Origin: Lama glama
Taxonomy: Eukaryota
Assembly: GCA_028534125.1 (NCBI GenBank)
Contig: CM052816.1
Span: forward strand, 68,946,001 to 69,010,000
Length of the DNA stretch: 64,000 nucleotides
Direction: 5' to 3'
Shown here one piece after another: positions 51,001 through 64,000 of this stretch. Below the pieces are notes generated by a model, which had not been told where the DNA came from, ran no database searches, and saw only the letters and a program-made list of their open reading frames with translations. How positions within the stretch are numbered: position 1 is the stretch's first letter; the number at the start of each line of letters is the position of its first letter. A program made the position numbers and the translations under genes.

Positions 51001-54000
51001 AGGTCTGTTTCAAGCCCTTCCTATCTCTTCCCTTTGGGCCTCCTTTGAAAAGTTTTCCAACACTAAGGTTTCCAAGACTCCCATGGCTGTCCAGTCCTCC
51101 CCTGCCCCAGGCACTTGAGATCAGGATTTGGCAGAATTCCCCTGGGTCCTTCCTTTATGACCACCACCCTCTGGGCCTTGATTTCTCTCCAGTAATGGTT
51201 TAGCTAATCTGATAAATGCATCTGTTAACAATTATCATGAAACTATGGCAGTTTTGAAAGTTAGAGTAGGGAGGGCTATTGGGATGCTGTATGATGACAT
51301 TATACTCAAAGGTCCCAGGAAAATAAATCCTACTTCAGATTCCAGCCATCTCTCCCATGAGTTTCCTTAAAATGGATGAACTGGACAGCAATTGCAAGGG
51401 AAAGCAAAGTATCTCTTGACTCAAACCTGGAGCTTTGGCCTTAATCTCAGTGCAGAGAAACTGAGTAGGCTGGGTTGGGGCATATGAAGCACTGTCTTTT
51501 CCTAAGCTATTTAATTTAAAATACTTTAGAGAGCAGCTCTATAACCTCTTGGTGGAATAATGGTGGTGATGAGAGTAGGATAGAAGGAAAATTGTTTTTA
51601 TCTTTCTCTAACTTTTAATCAGAGCATATTTTGCATATTCATTCTCTTTCTTTATTAAATATAAATGTTTCCTACTCACTACTATTGAGCTAAATAACAA
51701 AATAGTCCTTTAACCTCCTGCTCCTTTACTTCTCTCCAAGTCAGCTGTGAAATGACTGCAGTGGATGAGAGGTGCAGTGGGTGAGCACAGGATCTTGGCA
51801 TGAGGAATAACCACTTGAAAACACCCTGAGAATTTGGCAAATGGGGATTTCCCAGTAGGCCTGGAGCTGGCTACCTGGTCAGACACTGTCTTCATCTCAG
51901 GTTTTCTCTAGATCTCAAGTGCCCTTTTGTGATACCTCTTTTTCTTCTCTTCTTCAAGGTGACTTTTGATGTTCATTTTCACTGAGTTGAAATCGTATAG
52001 GAGGGATGGGGAAAGTCCCACATGGGGTGGTCCCATGATGTCATTGGACCCAAGGCAGATCACACACTATCTGCAGTATTTGTCCTCAAAGATTTATACA
52101 TGTGAAAATCTTTTTAACAGGGATGACTGCCAAAGGAAGGTTTGCAGCCCTGACCTCTCTCCCAGCAACCGATTTGTAGGGACACTGGCCTTGCACAGAG
52201 GAATTGAGGACTTGGACAAGCCTAGTGGGACATTAGAGAGAAAGTTGGGGTCAACATGTAGTCAAGTCAAGGGAAAGATGTCAGGGAAGGAATTCAGTGA
52301 TAGACACCAGAAGAAAGGTGGAAGCAGGAAGGGAAAGGAAGGAAATAAATAAATATTGTGGAGGAAAGAAGGAAACACTCAGTTGAGGATGGAAGACCTT
52401 ATAATGAAACACTTCCATTTATATTTGAATATCTTAGATACTCTTATGTGTCCTAAGCCAAATATATCATCTCTTTAAAATAGAGATAGTTCTGTTAAAA
52501 GGAATAACCTTATCATATTGAAAGCAATTTGGTTGTTTAAATGAATCATATTGGTTTCATGAAATAAAGTCACAGCAGGCCAAATAGTAGATATTTCAGA
52601 GAGGATGATCAGATTCATTAATGAAGGAAACACAGTAAATGCTGTGGCCAAGCTAGAACTCAATAACTCAATCGACTCAGTATTCCTTAATTTTTCACGT
52701 ACAATGGATTAAAGTAGAAATTGTCATACAGTTCTAGGTGAGATAAAAACACTTTTTTCCAAAAGTGAATGATTAACCAAAGACCCACACATTCACGCAT
52801 TCCCCCACCCCACACTCACTCATCCCTAAATCCCTATGCTAGTCTTTATCATAAATTCCATGTACAGCAAAGATTTTCTATGAAAAAAAGTGAAATCATT
52901 GTAAACACTAAATGAAACAGTAAGTTAAAAATAATGTTTGAGAGAGGAAGGTGTAAAAAAAGCCACCGATATATTACAGTATATAAAACATTGACTTTTG
53001 TAAGGCAAAAACCACCATAGGCAATATCCAAAGACATATGACCAAGCACTTCCCCCTAAAGATAATATCTTTAATATATGAAGAGCTCTTACAGCTCCAT
53101 CAAGAAGATAACAATAATAAATGAGCATGATGATGAACAAATCCATATAAATGCAAATAAAATAATGCTTTAGTTAAATTTCCTTATTAAGGACCTAGCA
53201 TATAAATAATATTTTAAAAAAATCTTGGTGATTGTAGGATAAAAGATAAAGCACATTTCACATATTTTCAAGTCTTAGTAAGCATAAGTTTGGTGCACTA
53301 ATAGCAAAACAACTACAGCAAGTACTGATAAAAAGACCACCAAGCTGAGAAGAGATAAATCAACAAAAGCATAATCTACTAAATTCTCATTGCTGGTTGA
53401 TGGGTTTTAGCAACAATATGATGATTGTGCTATTTCTTTTAGATCTTGAACTTTGGAAATCCTCTTCCTCTCTACAACTTCCTTAATTCACTTACATTTC
53501 TCTCTAAATTCCAAAACACATACTTCCTCTTCTCACCAGAATTTCAGAGTACTGCCCTTCTTACAATTTAGCCATGCCCATTATCTTCCTTCTGGGCACA
53601 TCTGCCCTCTTTTCAGTCTGAACAAGACAGTCATGTTAACAAGGCCCACCTATCAACTTCAGCTGTCCATGCCCCCTTAATCTTCTACTGTGGAACTGTC
53701 TAACCCTACCTCTGCCTTACTGTTTGCTTTCTCAGATTAGAGCTTAAAAAGTATGCTGCAGAAAAGTCACAGGACCCTATTGGGCTAACCCACCAGCTCA
53801 AGAGTAGAGTGTTCACTGTACTCCGGAAATCCTTTCACTCATCTCTTGTTCATTCTCTAAATCACTGGCCACTTCCAGTAGCTTTCCAGACTATCTTCAT
53901 TTTTCCCAGGCCCCCATTTCCCTCCATCACTTCACCTTCTACTTCAGATCTTGAAGGTGAACTCTCTCTTTGTATTTAACTACTCATTTTTTTCTTCTTG

Positions 54001-55199
54001 GTCAAGTGGGAACATTTCCACAGAGGGGCACCTCTATCCTTCTCCTCATCTCCCAGGGTCTTTAATTATTTCTTTATATAGCAACTTAAATTTCTACATC
54101 TTCACTAGTTTATTCTTTCAGTATCCATCTATCTATCCATCCATTCTTTCATACATTAATTTTGTATACAAGCACACACACTCCTATCGCACTTGAACAT
54201 GTTTGATCCTCAGTTTATCATTTCTTTTCTTTCATAATCAGAGTTCTTTCTTTCATAATCAATTTCTTGCTCTCTTGTCATCCTGACAAACTGTTTTCAT
54301 TTCTCACTGCACTAGTAAAACATGCTGTCAGTGAATCTTGTGGGCTGTTATCAAACTGCATTCTCCTTGATTTCTTTGCACCTTGCCTTTCTGTTGACCA
54401 GCTTTTTCTTGAAGCATTCTCTGCTCCGACTCCTGTCATACTCTGTTCTGATATTTTTTACCCCTTTGACCACTATTTGTCTCTTTACTGCCACTTCCTC
54501 TTCCTGTTCTCCATATTCTCTCTGTAAGTCTCTTATATTCTCTTTAGCCCAGACTTTTCTACCGAGTACTAGCGTAAGGTGTGATGATAACACTTGTCTT
54601 GAGAAAAAAGAATTCTGTTGTCCAAGAAGTTTCAAAAACAGATAGGCAATTAAACTGTTAAATGTTGTTCTAGTCTTCAGGACTTCTGAGAGCCTTTCAG
54701 TGCTAATTTGTATTGTTAATACCCAAGGGAATATGTGGGGATATAGTTTGCTCAGTGTCTCAAACTTGTTGAACTAAAGAACATTTATTTTCACAGAGCA
54801 TATCAAGGGACCTGGGTTCCATAGAACACATGGTGGAAAAATTGTGTACATTTCCAATTTTCCACCTGAACTTCTCTTCATAATGTTGCTCCAACAACGT
54901 TTCCTTCTGCTGCTCTTCACTGGTCATCTTACTCTCAAGAGAGAAGAGATTGTTTTCTACTCACCACCTCTATGTCATACAAGCACTTACCTTATTATTC
55001 AAGTCCTACAGGAAATTCCACCTTCTCCTTGAAGTGTTTCCTACTCATTCCAGGTGGAGGTACTTTTTCCCTCTTTCCAAAGCAAGAGGAATCCTTAGGA
55101 GTAATGGTTAACATCTTGCTCTATGTTATTATGATATTCATCATATTCAGCCTACTAATCTCTGAGATTGTTAACTTCTTGAGGGCTGTGTCTGTGTAC

Positions 55200-55700
55200 T
55201 TTGTGCCAGCAAGGAATGCTTTTAGCTGCAAGTAACAGAAAACCCAACCCAGAGGGATTAAACAGCAAAGAAATTCACTTTCTCACATAACAAGAAGCTC
55301 AGGGGTAAAGTGGCACCAGGGTTGGTGAATTCAGTGGCTCAGTGTTACTATGAAGACTCAGGTGTGCATCCTCAGTCCTCATGTTCACCAACTTCATGGT
55401 CCCAGATGTCACATCTGGCTACGACAAGGCTAAAGGGAAAGTTAAAGTATGCAGCCCTTCCTGTAGGCTTATTTTATGATCTCACATCTCTTCCAGAAGC
55501 ATGATGGCACTTCTCCCCTCCCACATCTAGTTGGACAGCACAAGATCACATGCTTTCCTGAAACCAATCACTGGCAAGGGAGTTTTCCACTGGACTGGCT
55601 TAGACACAGATGCCAAGCTGGGGTTTGGATCATTCATGATAAGGAATAGAGACCTGAAGAAGGATAAGGATTCTGTTAGCAAGGTGGGATGGGCAGAGGT
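55200..55700. mobile_element. MaLR (MLT1-like) LTR fragment; similar fragments near 24030-24480 and 34150-34620
   Basis: gctgcaagtaacagaaaaccc...ctcacataacaagaag...aaaccaatcactggcaaggg motifs typical of old MLT1 LTRs. Boundaries approximate. Confidence 0.55.
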
Positions 55701-56529
55701 GGATTTCTATCTTAATATCCTGTTCAGCTTCCCACAGAGTAAGCTGCACATTCTGTAGATTTGCTAAGCGAGTAAAAGGATGAACAGAGGGTTGTGCCAA
55801 AAACGTGCTTACTCAAGATTTTATAACTTGTAACCCATCTACTGCCTTTCCTGAATTTCTAGGAGGAAGATTCAAAATTTACATTATAAGGAGGAATATT
55901 TGTGGGTGAACATTTATAGTTGCTAATTCTATATTTGAAAGATTAAAAACCACTCTCCCTCACCCCGTACTCTTCACATCAGTAATATCAGGAACTAGGA
56001 ATATAATAGAGCCATTTTGAATAAATGTCTCCAAGGGAATTAACAATGATAAAATCAAAATAACATAAAATAGAGTCTAAATTAAGATTTTCATTGTCTT
56101 CATCAGCAAAATTATAACGTTGGGAAGCTTCTTTTTCTTCTCCCTCGTATTTAAGATAGCAACCATATTTCATTGCAAGTGATTTGATGCCAGTAGTTGA
56201 ATCAGTCTGTCTTTTAGTATTTCCTCCAGACATTCTTTGAACATGTGTCAACAGGAAAGAACATGTTTCAAAATCCGCTTCTGCCCATTTCTCCCTTAAT
56301 AAACAAAATGAAGTTTGAAAATATGTCTTTCAGTTCTCGTGCTTTCTAAAATTTGCCAAAACTCAGAATTACCAGAGCTGGCCAAGACCACATTCTGAAG
56401 CAGGTAAAATTGATGGTGGGGACCCTTTCATTTCCATTCTCAGTGTTCCAATTTCTCTTAATAGTCCTCATCTGCAAAGATTTATTGTCAGCAAATACTC
56501 ATAACATCTCATAGCTCAAGAAAACATAT

Positions 56530-56610
56530 TTTAAATTAATGGAGGTGCTGAGGGTTGAACCCAGGACCTCCTGCATGCTAAGCATGTGCTCTGAGCTATA
56601 CCTTTCCCCC
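56530..56610 (-). mobile_element. tRNA-derived SINE (camelid Vic-1-like)
   Basis: Minus strand GGGGGAAAGGTATAGCTCAGAGCACATGCTTAGCATGCAGGAGGTCCTGGGTTCAACCCTCAGCACCTCCA. Flanking AGCTCAAGAA at 56513-56522 and 56611-56620. Confidence 0.8.
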
Positions 56611-58634
56611 AGCTCAAGAATATTTTAAAGTGTTGCTACTTTACAGTGTATTCTCATTTTATTTAATGTTTCTTAAATAATAAAAAAAACACCTTTAAAT
56701 ATTCAGAAGAAGCATCTCTAATGATGAGCTTCCAGGTATGGTTTCAAGGATGGAGATAGTTTGGGTAGAGATTATTCCTTGCTTGGATTAAGTCACATCA
56801 CATAGATACCACCTACTCTGAGTATGTAACAGGCTCGCTCTAGGAATGACTCTTTTCTTTTTTTTTTTTTGCATATTGTTGGCTAAATGATAAGCCAGAA
56901 GTTCCTGCACTGCTACTGCCAGGAGGATGTTTAAAACTGTCACACTACAAGTGCTAAGGCACCTATATTTCTGCCCAGTGTGTGTGTAGGTTGTGTGGGA
57001 GATGGCCAGAGAAATATTTTAAGTTTGGACTTCAATCAGAGAGTGCTCTACTCATTAGAATGAGTTTTAAATTCCTTTCTGCAGAAGCAAAGAACACAAA
57101 GAATGAGGGCTCCAGAAAGAGTGTGGGCTTCTGGTTCACAGACTGCACCCCCCCCCCGCCCAGAAGCCATTTCCAGGTGATATGTACTAAGGATACAGGA
57201 AGCCAGGCAGTAGGATAGCACGATATTAGGGAAGAAGGTCCTTCTCTGAGTGACACTCCCCTTGAGTTACTAACTGTCAGACACCTGCTATAAGAGCAAA
57301 GTCTCATGCAGTCAGAAGTCTTTGAAAAGTGACAGGATCCAAGCTAGCAGGTTGCAGCCCCAGCTGACAGCATGCAAAGAGAGCGACCCAAACCAAAGCC
57401 AAGGATGCTTGTGGGATCTAAATCAAAGTACTCAAGATGTTCTATACGATGAGGAGGCTTTTAATAATTCATAGTTCAGGGAAGAAGGAAAACTCTCTTA
57501 GCAGACTTGTCAGCTTTCCATCCCAGACATCTAGATCACTCTTCATTCTTCAGGCTTTTAGTCTTTCAATGTTGTTTTGTGAGTTTCAGAAGAGGTCCAG
57601 AGAGAGAAGAGACGGGTGATGAGAAAGGTTGTGTGCATCTAATGGCCAATCCTCTTGGAAGAAAGGGTCAGAAAAATTGATGTAAAAATTTCTGGGTCAA
57701 AAACCAACATGTGGTAAACCTCTATTTTATTTAAAAAATCATTTTCTGGGGAAAATCTCTTCCATCTTGAGTTTTAAAAGCAGTAGTAATAACCATTGGC
57801 AAGAACTGGCATCTTGAACTATATTTTAAACTTATTAAATACAGGTTACCCTTCCGGTGGGAAAACAAGGGATAAAGGAAGTAGGCAGTCAACATCTTGC
57901 CAAGTGTGTCAGAGTGAAGCCAAGACTCCATAGCAATTTAGCAATGAAGGATTAGTCCCTGCTGAAATTCACTTTATAGACCATGAATCAAGTCCTGGAC
58001 ACAAAACAAGATCAACATGGAACATACACAGAAGGCTTGTCAGAATGTGGACAATGCAAGTAAGAGAGAAGACGATGCAGACAAGTCTGCAACAGGGATG
58101 ACTCTGTTAGTGAATGCAAAGTTTATATATGAACTCTCACCAGTAATGCTGTTTAGTATTTATATGTGTTTATGTATATGTCCTTTTAAAGGTAACTGTT
58201 TAGTACACTTGATACAATTAGGTGCAATCGTTACCAACAAATCCTTTTATAGTCTAAAGTCCTGAGTTAAGAAATAGCCCAGGGAGGGTACTTACTGGTG
58301 GAGCAGAACAAAACCCACCTGAGTTAAAAGTTGTAGTTCTGGTGCCCACAAGGTACTTCTTTCAGGATGTTGTTGCAACAGAGTGTCTGCCTGGGCTGTT
58401 AAGTGTTAGAATCACAGGATGTTATTGCTGAAAGACACCTGTCGCAATCAGATCCTGTCAGGGCATAGACTCTGACTCAGGTGATTCAAATGAAGAAACT
58501 TTAATGAAGGGACTATTCACAGAGCTGGGCACAGAGGCAAGGGACTTGAGGCACCCAGGGACCTGCGACTGCAGGCAGCCCACAGTGAGAACCCAGTGAG
58601 AGCTCCTGAGAACCCAGTGAGAGCTGAGTGTGGA

Positions 58635-59134
58635 NNNNNNNNNNNNNNNNNNNNNNNNNNNNNNNNNNNNNNNNNNNNNNNNNNNNNNNNNNNNNNNNNN
58701 NNNNNNNNNNNNNNNNNNNNNNNNNNNNNNNNNNNNNNNNNNNNNNNNNNNNNNNNNNNNNNNNNNNNNNNNNNNNNNNNNNNNNNNNNNNNNNNNNNNN
58801 NNNNNNNNNNNNNNNNNNNNNNNNNNNNNNNNNNNNNNNNNNNNNNNNNNNNNNNNNNNNNNNNNNNNNNNNNNNNNNNNNNNNNNNNNNNNNNNNNNNN
58901 NNNNNNNNNNNNNNNNNNNNNNNNNNNNNNNNNNNNNNNNNNNNNNNNNNNNNNNNNNNNNNNNNNNNNNNNNNNNNNNNNNNNNNNNNNNNNNNNNNNN
59001 NNNNNNNNNNNNNNNNNNNNNNNNNNNNNNNNNNNNNNNNNNNNNNNNNNNNNNNNNNNNNNNNNNNNNNNNNNNNNNNNNNNNNNNNNNNNNNNNNNNN
59101 NNNNNNNNNNNNNNNNNNNNNNNNNNNNNNNNNN
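58635..59134. other. Assembly gap (exactly 500 N)
   Basis: N run. Confidence 1.
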
Positions 59135-62100
59135 CATGTTAATCAGGAAGGCTGGTTGGTGTCTTCCTCCAGGACCGATGGTGGAACTTGACTCAAACTT
59201 ATCTTCTGGTACTAAGTACAGAGCTGCTTTCAGTACTCAAGCTATTTCTCTCTCGTCTGGGATCTGGGCAGTGTCAGGTGCTTGTGGACATGGGTTTATA
59301 TTTGGAGGCAGAAGGACACTACATGACATCGTGCAGATAGGTTCATAGACTTGGAACCCTGATTTGAAAAGCAGCTAGCTGTTAGAAAAACTTGCCTGAT
59401 TCCTCACATTATCACCTGCTAGAACTGGGGGCAAAGCAGCTGGGGAGTGAGAGCTTCCCACATGTCCCAAGTTCTAGACTTTCTCACTCTAAAAGAATTC
59501 CTGCCAGTGTGAACCCACAGCAGAAGATTCTAGTTTTGGCCAGGGTTAGAAAAACAACCTGATTCTGTGTCTGCTTTCTCAGGGGACTTCACTGGAATCA
59601 GGGCTCTGGATAGGGTGTAAAGTTCTTTGAGGGGCGCCCAGAGATTCAGGATCAAGGTTTGTCATAGATACTGTAGGTATCCTGTTCTTGTCTTCTCAAA
59701 GTCCCCCACACTAACTGTTCTTGCAGGGCTGTCTGCTGTGAGCAACTGTGATGGTCCCCCACCTGCCTACAGCCTTGACCTGCTCATTAGGAGAAATCAG
59801 AGGGCCCCACGCTGGCAAGGAGAAGAATTAAAAAGGTACACTGCTCTTTACTCTTCTGAGCAAGTGTAGTTTTTGAAAATTGCCTGTAACACCAAATCCT
59901 TCTTTACTATTAAAATTATCTTTATTAAGAATTGAAACTAAAGAGATATTTCTTTGGGAAAAATATTTGCTCCAAGATATAAGATCATTTTTAAAGAATG
60001 AAGCAAATCTTTAGAAATTTAGACTCTTCATATTAGTAGTCATAATGCCCCTTTTGGTTTTCTTAACTCATCACTGAAGTAGAGAGGAGAGATGAGAGGT
60101 TTATAGTGACTTGCCTAAGATCACATAGTTTGGTAGTGGCAGAGCTGTTTCTAGAACTCCTGCAAGCTGTTCCTAGGTCAGGAGGCTCTGGGAGGAGTCC
60201 CCAGGGCCTGTGACAGCAGACCTGTGGCTGCTGTAAGTAGTCAGTTTGGCAGAGATGTCTCATCAGGGTCTATAGGCCAGGAGGAGCTCCTGGGAACTTC
60301 TCCTCAGGGTGGATGTGGTGCTCCCAGATCCAAGGCTGGAAGGTCACGAGGACAAATTTGGTTGGTTGTGCAGGAGCTAACCTGATGGGACCAATGTCTC
60401 TGCTCAGCCTCCATCCATCCTTAGCTGCTTCTGCTGTCTCTGCTACCTCTCCCTCATTCTGTCAGGAAACTGGACCTTACTTTGCTTCGCGTGGGGAACA
60501 CACTGGTGCCCACTTTAACTTACAACTCTCTGAAAATGGTTATGGGAAACAGTTAATTATGTTTACATGTTTATTAAGTATTAAGCTCTTATTATATGCT
60601 AGCCCTTGCCCTGGACACATGCAAAATTGCCATCAGCTGGTGTGTCAAAGCAGGAAGACTTTCAGATGATACCAAAACGAAAAACTAAACTAGAAACAAA
60701 GTCTCATTCACCTGAATTTTTCCACTTGCCCCTTGGAAACTTTCACCTTCAAGGCTGCCTTTGTAAATCCATTTAAATCCAGCCAAGCTGGTAAAGAGGT
60801 TTGTGAGGATGGCACAGTAAACATGGTCCAATTTGACTTGACCATGAGGGTTTGGAACCTTCTCAGAGCCGTTCCCACTTCAGCTATCCAGAAAAAAAAG
60901 CTTGGTGTTTGGTTACAAGCAATTATAATGTGCAAAATCAAGCGCAAAATACCAGTGCCTATTATCTAGGCTTATTTTCCTGCTTGGCATAAAACCAAAT
61001 TTAAGAAAAAATCACAATGGTATTTTAAATGCACAAGGTGCACTAGGTTGAATAGTTATGCAGTTTTATCGTGGTTCTGGCCTCCCCCTGCAGAAGGCTG
61101 CACACAACCTTTTGGAACCCCAGATAGTTCACCATAGCTTGAACTGGCATTTTCAGGGTCGTGAAAGCTTATGTGGTTCCCCTTGGCCTCACTAGATACC
61201 AAGATGTAGAGAACAAGGTTAGTGATTGGCCAGTCCCAGCTCAAAGCAAGCCCAGCAAGGTGGACCTCATGCCCTCACCATCACCAGCTTTGCCTTTACC
61301 TTAATTATTTTTTTGCTTCGGATGAAAGTTGGCTCCTTGTTTACTCATGCTCTGATTTCCTAACTCTTAGTGGTCATTGCTAGCTTTCCTCATAAGACTG
61401 GTTGATCTGAGCTCAAGGTTGGGAAAGATGGGAATAAAACTAGACAAAAATCCCTTAGGGGCTTTGGTGGGATGACCAGTTTTTGTTGAGTCTTGGAAGG
61501 AATTGAAGGGTCCCCCAAATGAGCTGTTATGTACTATGTATTGAGATAGTTCCACCACTTATGAACTCTGTTGAGCGTATTTTCTCCACTCTTCTGTGTA
61601 CTGTCTTTTGATTTACTGTTACTGTGGGTTTGGTACCCTCAGCTTATATCTTCTCTCTGTACCATAGTCATTTTCCAAAGGTATTTATCAGTTTTTAGAA
61701 AAATGCAGAAGATGGTTGTCCACAAGTACCTTTTCCCCTTCCCTTCAACACTTGTGATTTTGACATTCAAAGGCCCTTATTGTTCTTCCTTAAATTCCTA
61801 TGAAAACCAGAAGGTTCTTACCTTCTTATTATTTTTCTTTATTCACTGCCATGATGACAATATTTTAAAATGAAAACTAGCCACCATTTATTGAATGCAT
61901 ATTACTTGATTGGCACTTTCCATCCCTTATCTTATCAATCTTAACAATAACCCTGTTAAGAAGGTATCACTAGCCCATTGTACACAATGAGGAAATGGAG
62001 GCTTAGAGACATTAAACTAAGTTCCCGAAGGGAATAAGCTTCAGAGCAGAGATTCAGATCTAGCTCTGACAGAATCCAAAATTTATAGCAAGACCAAACT

Positions 62101-64000
62101 AGTGTGCAGACTGGATCCAGTCCATAAGAAATGAAGGCACATATAATGTTTTTCTAATTCAAATGAGATACTGGCCAACATTTAAAACTTAGGGGATTAC
62201 ATTCAAAAGTCTGGGTTCTATCTTCTATTTTAAAAAATTAAAAGATTGAGCACAGTGTGCTCATCTTCCTACAGCAGTCAGTTGTCCCTAAGGAGCTGCT
62301 GCTTCCCTTATTTAAGGCATGTACACTCTGGTGGGTAAAATCCCCTCTTTCTCATTGCAGTGCACCTGGTTAGCTGACCACCTCACCCACTGGGGTTACC
62401 TGTTTGGCACCTGCATGTGTTTAATTTTGCCATCTTTAGTCTCTGGACATGATTGGTCTTAAGGTTGGCGTCCTGACTTTGTCGTTTGCTGACTGTGTGA
62501 CCTTGGACAAATTACTTAATTCCTCTAGTCCTCAGTTTTGTCATCTCTAAGACGGAGATTAGAATAGTACCTAGCTGTTGAGGTTGTTTTGAAAGTTAAA
62601 TGTGATAATCCACATCAAGTGCTTTGCATGGTCTCTGGCACTTAAGATTTCCACAATAGTTAGGTGTTGTTATTAACCACTTTTACAATTAACTACTCCC
62701 GTCAGAAAGTAGAGTTCAACAAAATTGGAACAGGAAAACTTTCCCAGGGTCATCTTAAATTGCGAACTAGGCCATCAGAACCACTGGCCATGGAAGCATG
62801 ATTATGTTGAAAAGGACAATAGAGTGTGTGGCTTTGACATTAGACTGACATGGTTCGAGTTCAACCTCTGATATTATGGGATCTTGGGCAAGTTATTTAA
62901 TCTCTTTCTGACTCAGTTTCCTCATTCATAAAATGATAATAGCACCTACTTAATAAGGTTGTGGTGAGGATCAAGTGAGTTAATACACGTAAAATGCTTC
63001 AGAACAGTGCTTGGTACATACCATGCACTCAGTGGATGTTACCCAGTATTGAAAACAATAAATCAGAGTGTCCTGTTTGTCAAGTATGTGTTTGCTTCTG
63101 GAGGTGAAGACAGGATATTTAAAAGTGGATTGTCATGAAAAATTTGGAAGCTAGGACTCTTGCCTTCATTTCCCATCTCCTCAAATCCCTGCAATATGGA
63201 TTCTGCACCCCCCAGTCCAGATTCTGTTCCCTCCAACCTCCTAAAATCGCACTTTTGAAGGCTAATCATCAAGTCACATCCAGTGACCTCAGGCTCACCT
63301 TCTAGAGGGGACAAAAACTTTAGAGATCAACCAGCCCAATGCTGTCAGCTCTCAAAAAAGTAGGCTGAGGCTGAGAGAAGTCCTGTGGCTTGCCCATAGT
63401 TAACTTGTGACAGACCCAGAGGTATCAGCTGTATTGGTTGTGCATTTACTAGATGACAATGGAATTATGTCTGTTTTGACAGGTGGGTGGGGCTTGGAAT
63501 CCAACATGTAGCTGGAGTAAGAACTCTCCTTTCTCCTCTTTTGACTTGCTCCTTCTGCCCCACAAACCTTGCTTAATGAGGCTTTGATCTAGTTAATGCT
63601 TTAAGAGGACCACTTTGTCTTCCCTGGTGGGACCTAGGCCCTGTGACCCCCCATAGCATGAAGACCTTGTTTCCAGATGGGTAATGTTTTCCCTTCCCTG
63701 TGACTAGCCTCTCTGGGCCATGGTCCGATTTCCCTGCTGGCTCATTTGTTTCCTTGGGCTGGCTGCCTTGTTTGGCAATTTTTAGTGAGGGTTCTGATCT
63801 ATGCCAGGAGGTGAGGGGAAGGGCTGCGAATGGGCTCCATCATTGGACAGGCAGTCTTGGTGATGGATGATCCCTCTCCCCAGTGAGTTTTGGGTCAGCA
63901 GGAGTCCAACTGATAAGTTTTTCCAGAATGGAGTAAGCCAGGAACAGTGCCAGCAGCATCTTACCTCTTTTGTGGTTTTTGTATTGATTTTAAAGGAAAT

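Noticed and set aside
55020..55060. KCFLLIPG resembling a granzyme A/O signal-peptide exon
   Set aside because: Wrong strand, lies in L2-like sequence, and no protease exons follow.
48100..64000. Additional genes (e.g. ESM1) or the 170-aa ORF at 50109-50621
   Set aside because: No recognisable domains or spliceable exon chain; ESM1 is expected further beyond the window end.

Overview
Mammalian genomic DNA, probably camelid (two Vic-1-like tRNA-derived SINEs), syntenic with human 5q11.2 (CDC20B-GZMA-GZMK). The + strand carries nine consecutive CDC20B coding exons (orthologous exons 3-11, 3414-27964) that splice in frame with GT-AG introns and no stops. Exons 1-2 lie upstream of the window, and I could not find the terminal exon. 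The - strand carries a complete five-exon granzyme K gene (47879-39747, 264 aa, intact His/Asp/Ser triad, tryptase-type Asp189). CDC20B intron 5 holds a disabled ATP6AP1L retrocopy (13778-15283) with a 16-bp TSD, inserted into an old L1. Three gaps of exactly 500 N are scaffolding placeholders; the middle one sits where CDC20B exon 12, GZMA and GZMO are expected. The rest is L1/L2/MIR/LTR/DNA-transposon debris plus candidate regulatory motifs. I find no convincing novel biological system. The best leads are the retrocopy's captured splice isoform, a tandem SMAD-palindrome array in GZMK, a MER41-like LTR beside GZMK, a tandem stop-introducing donor in CDC20B, and the missing GZMA/GZMO block. 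Gene and repeat names come from recalled sequences, not database searches.
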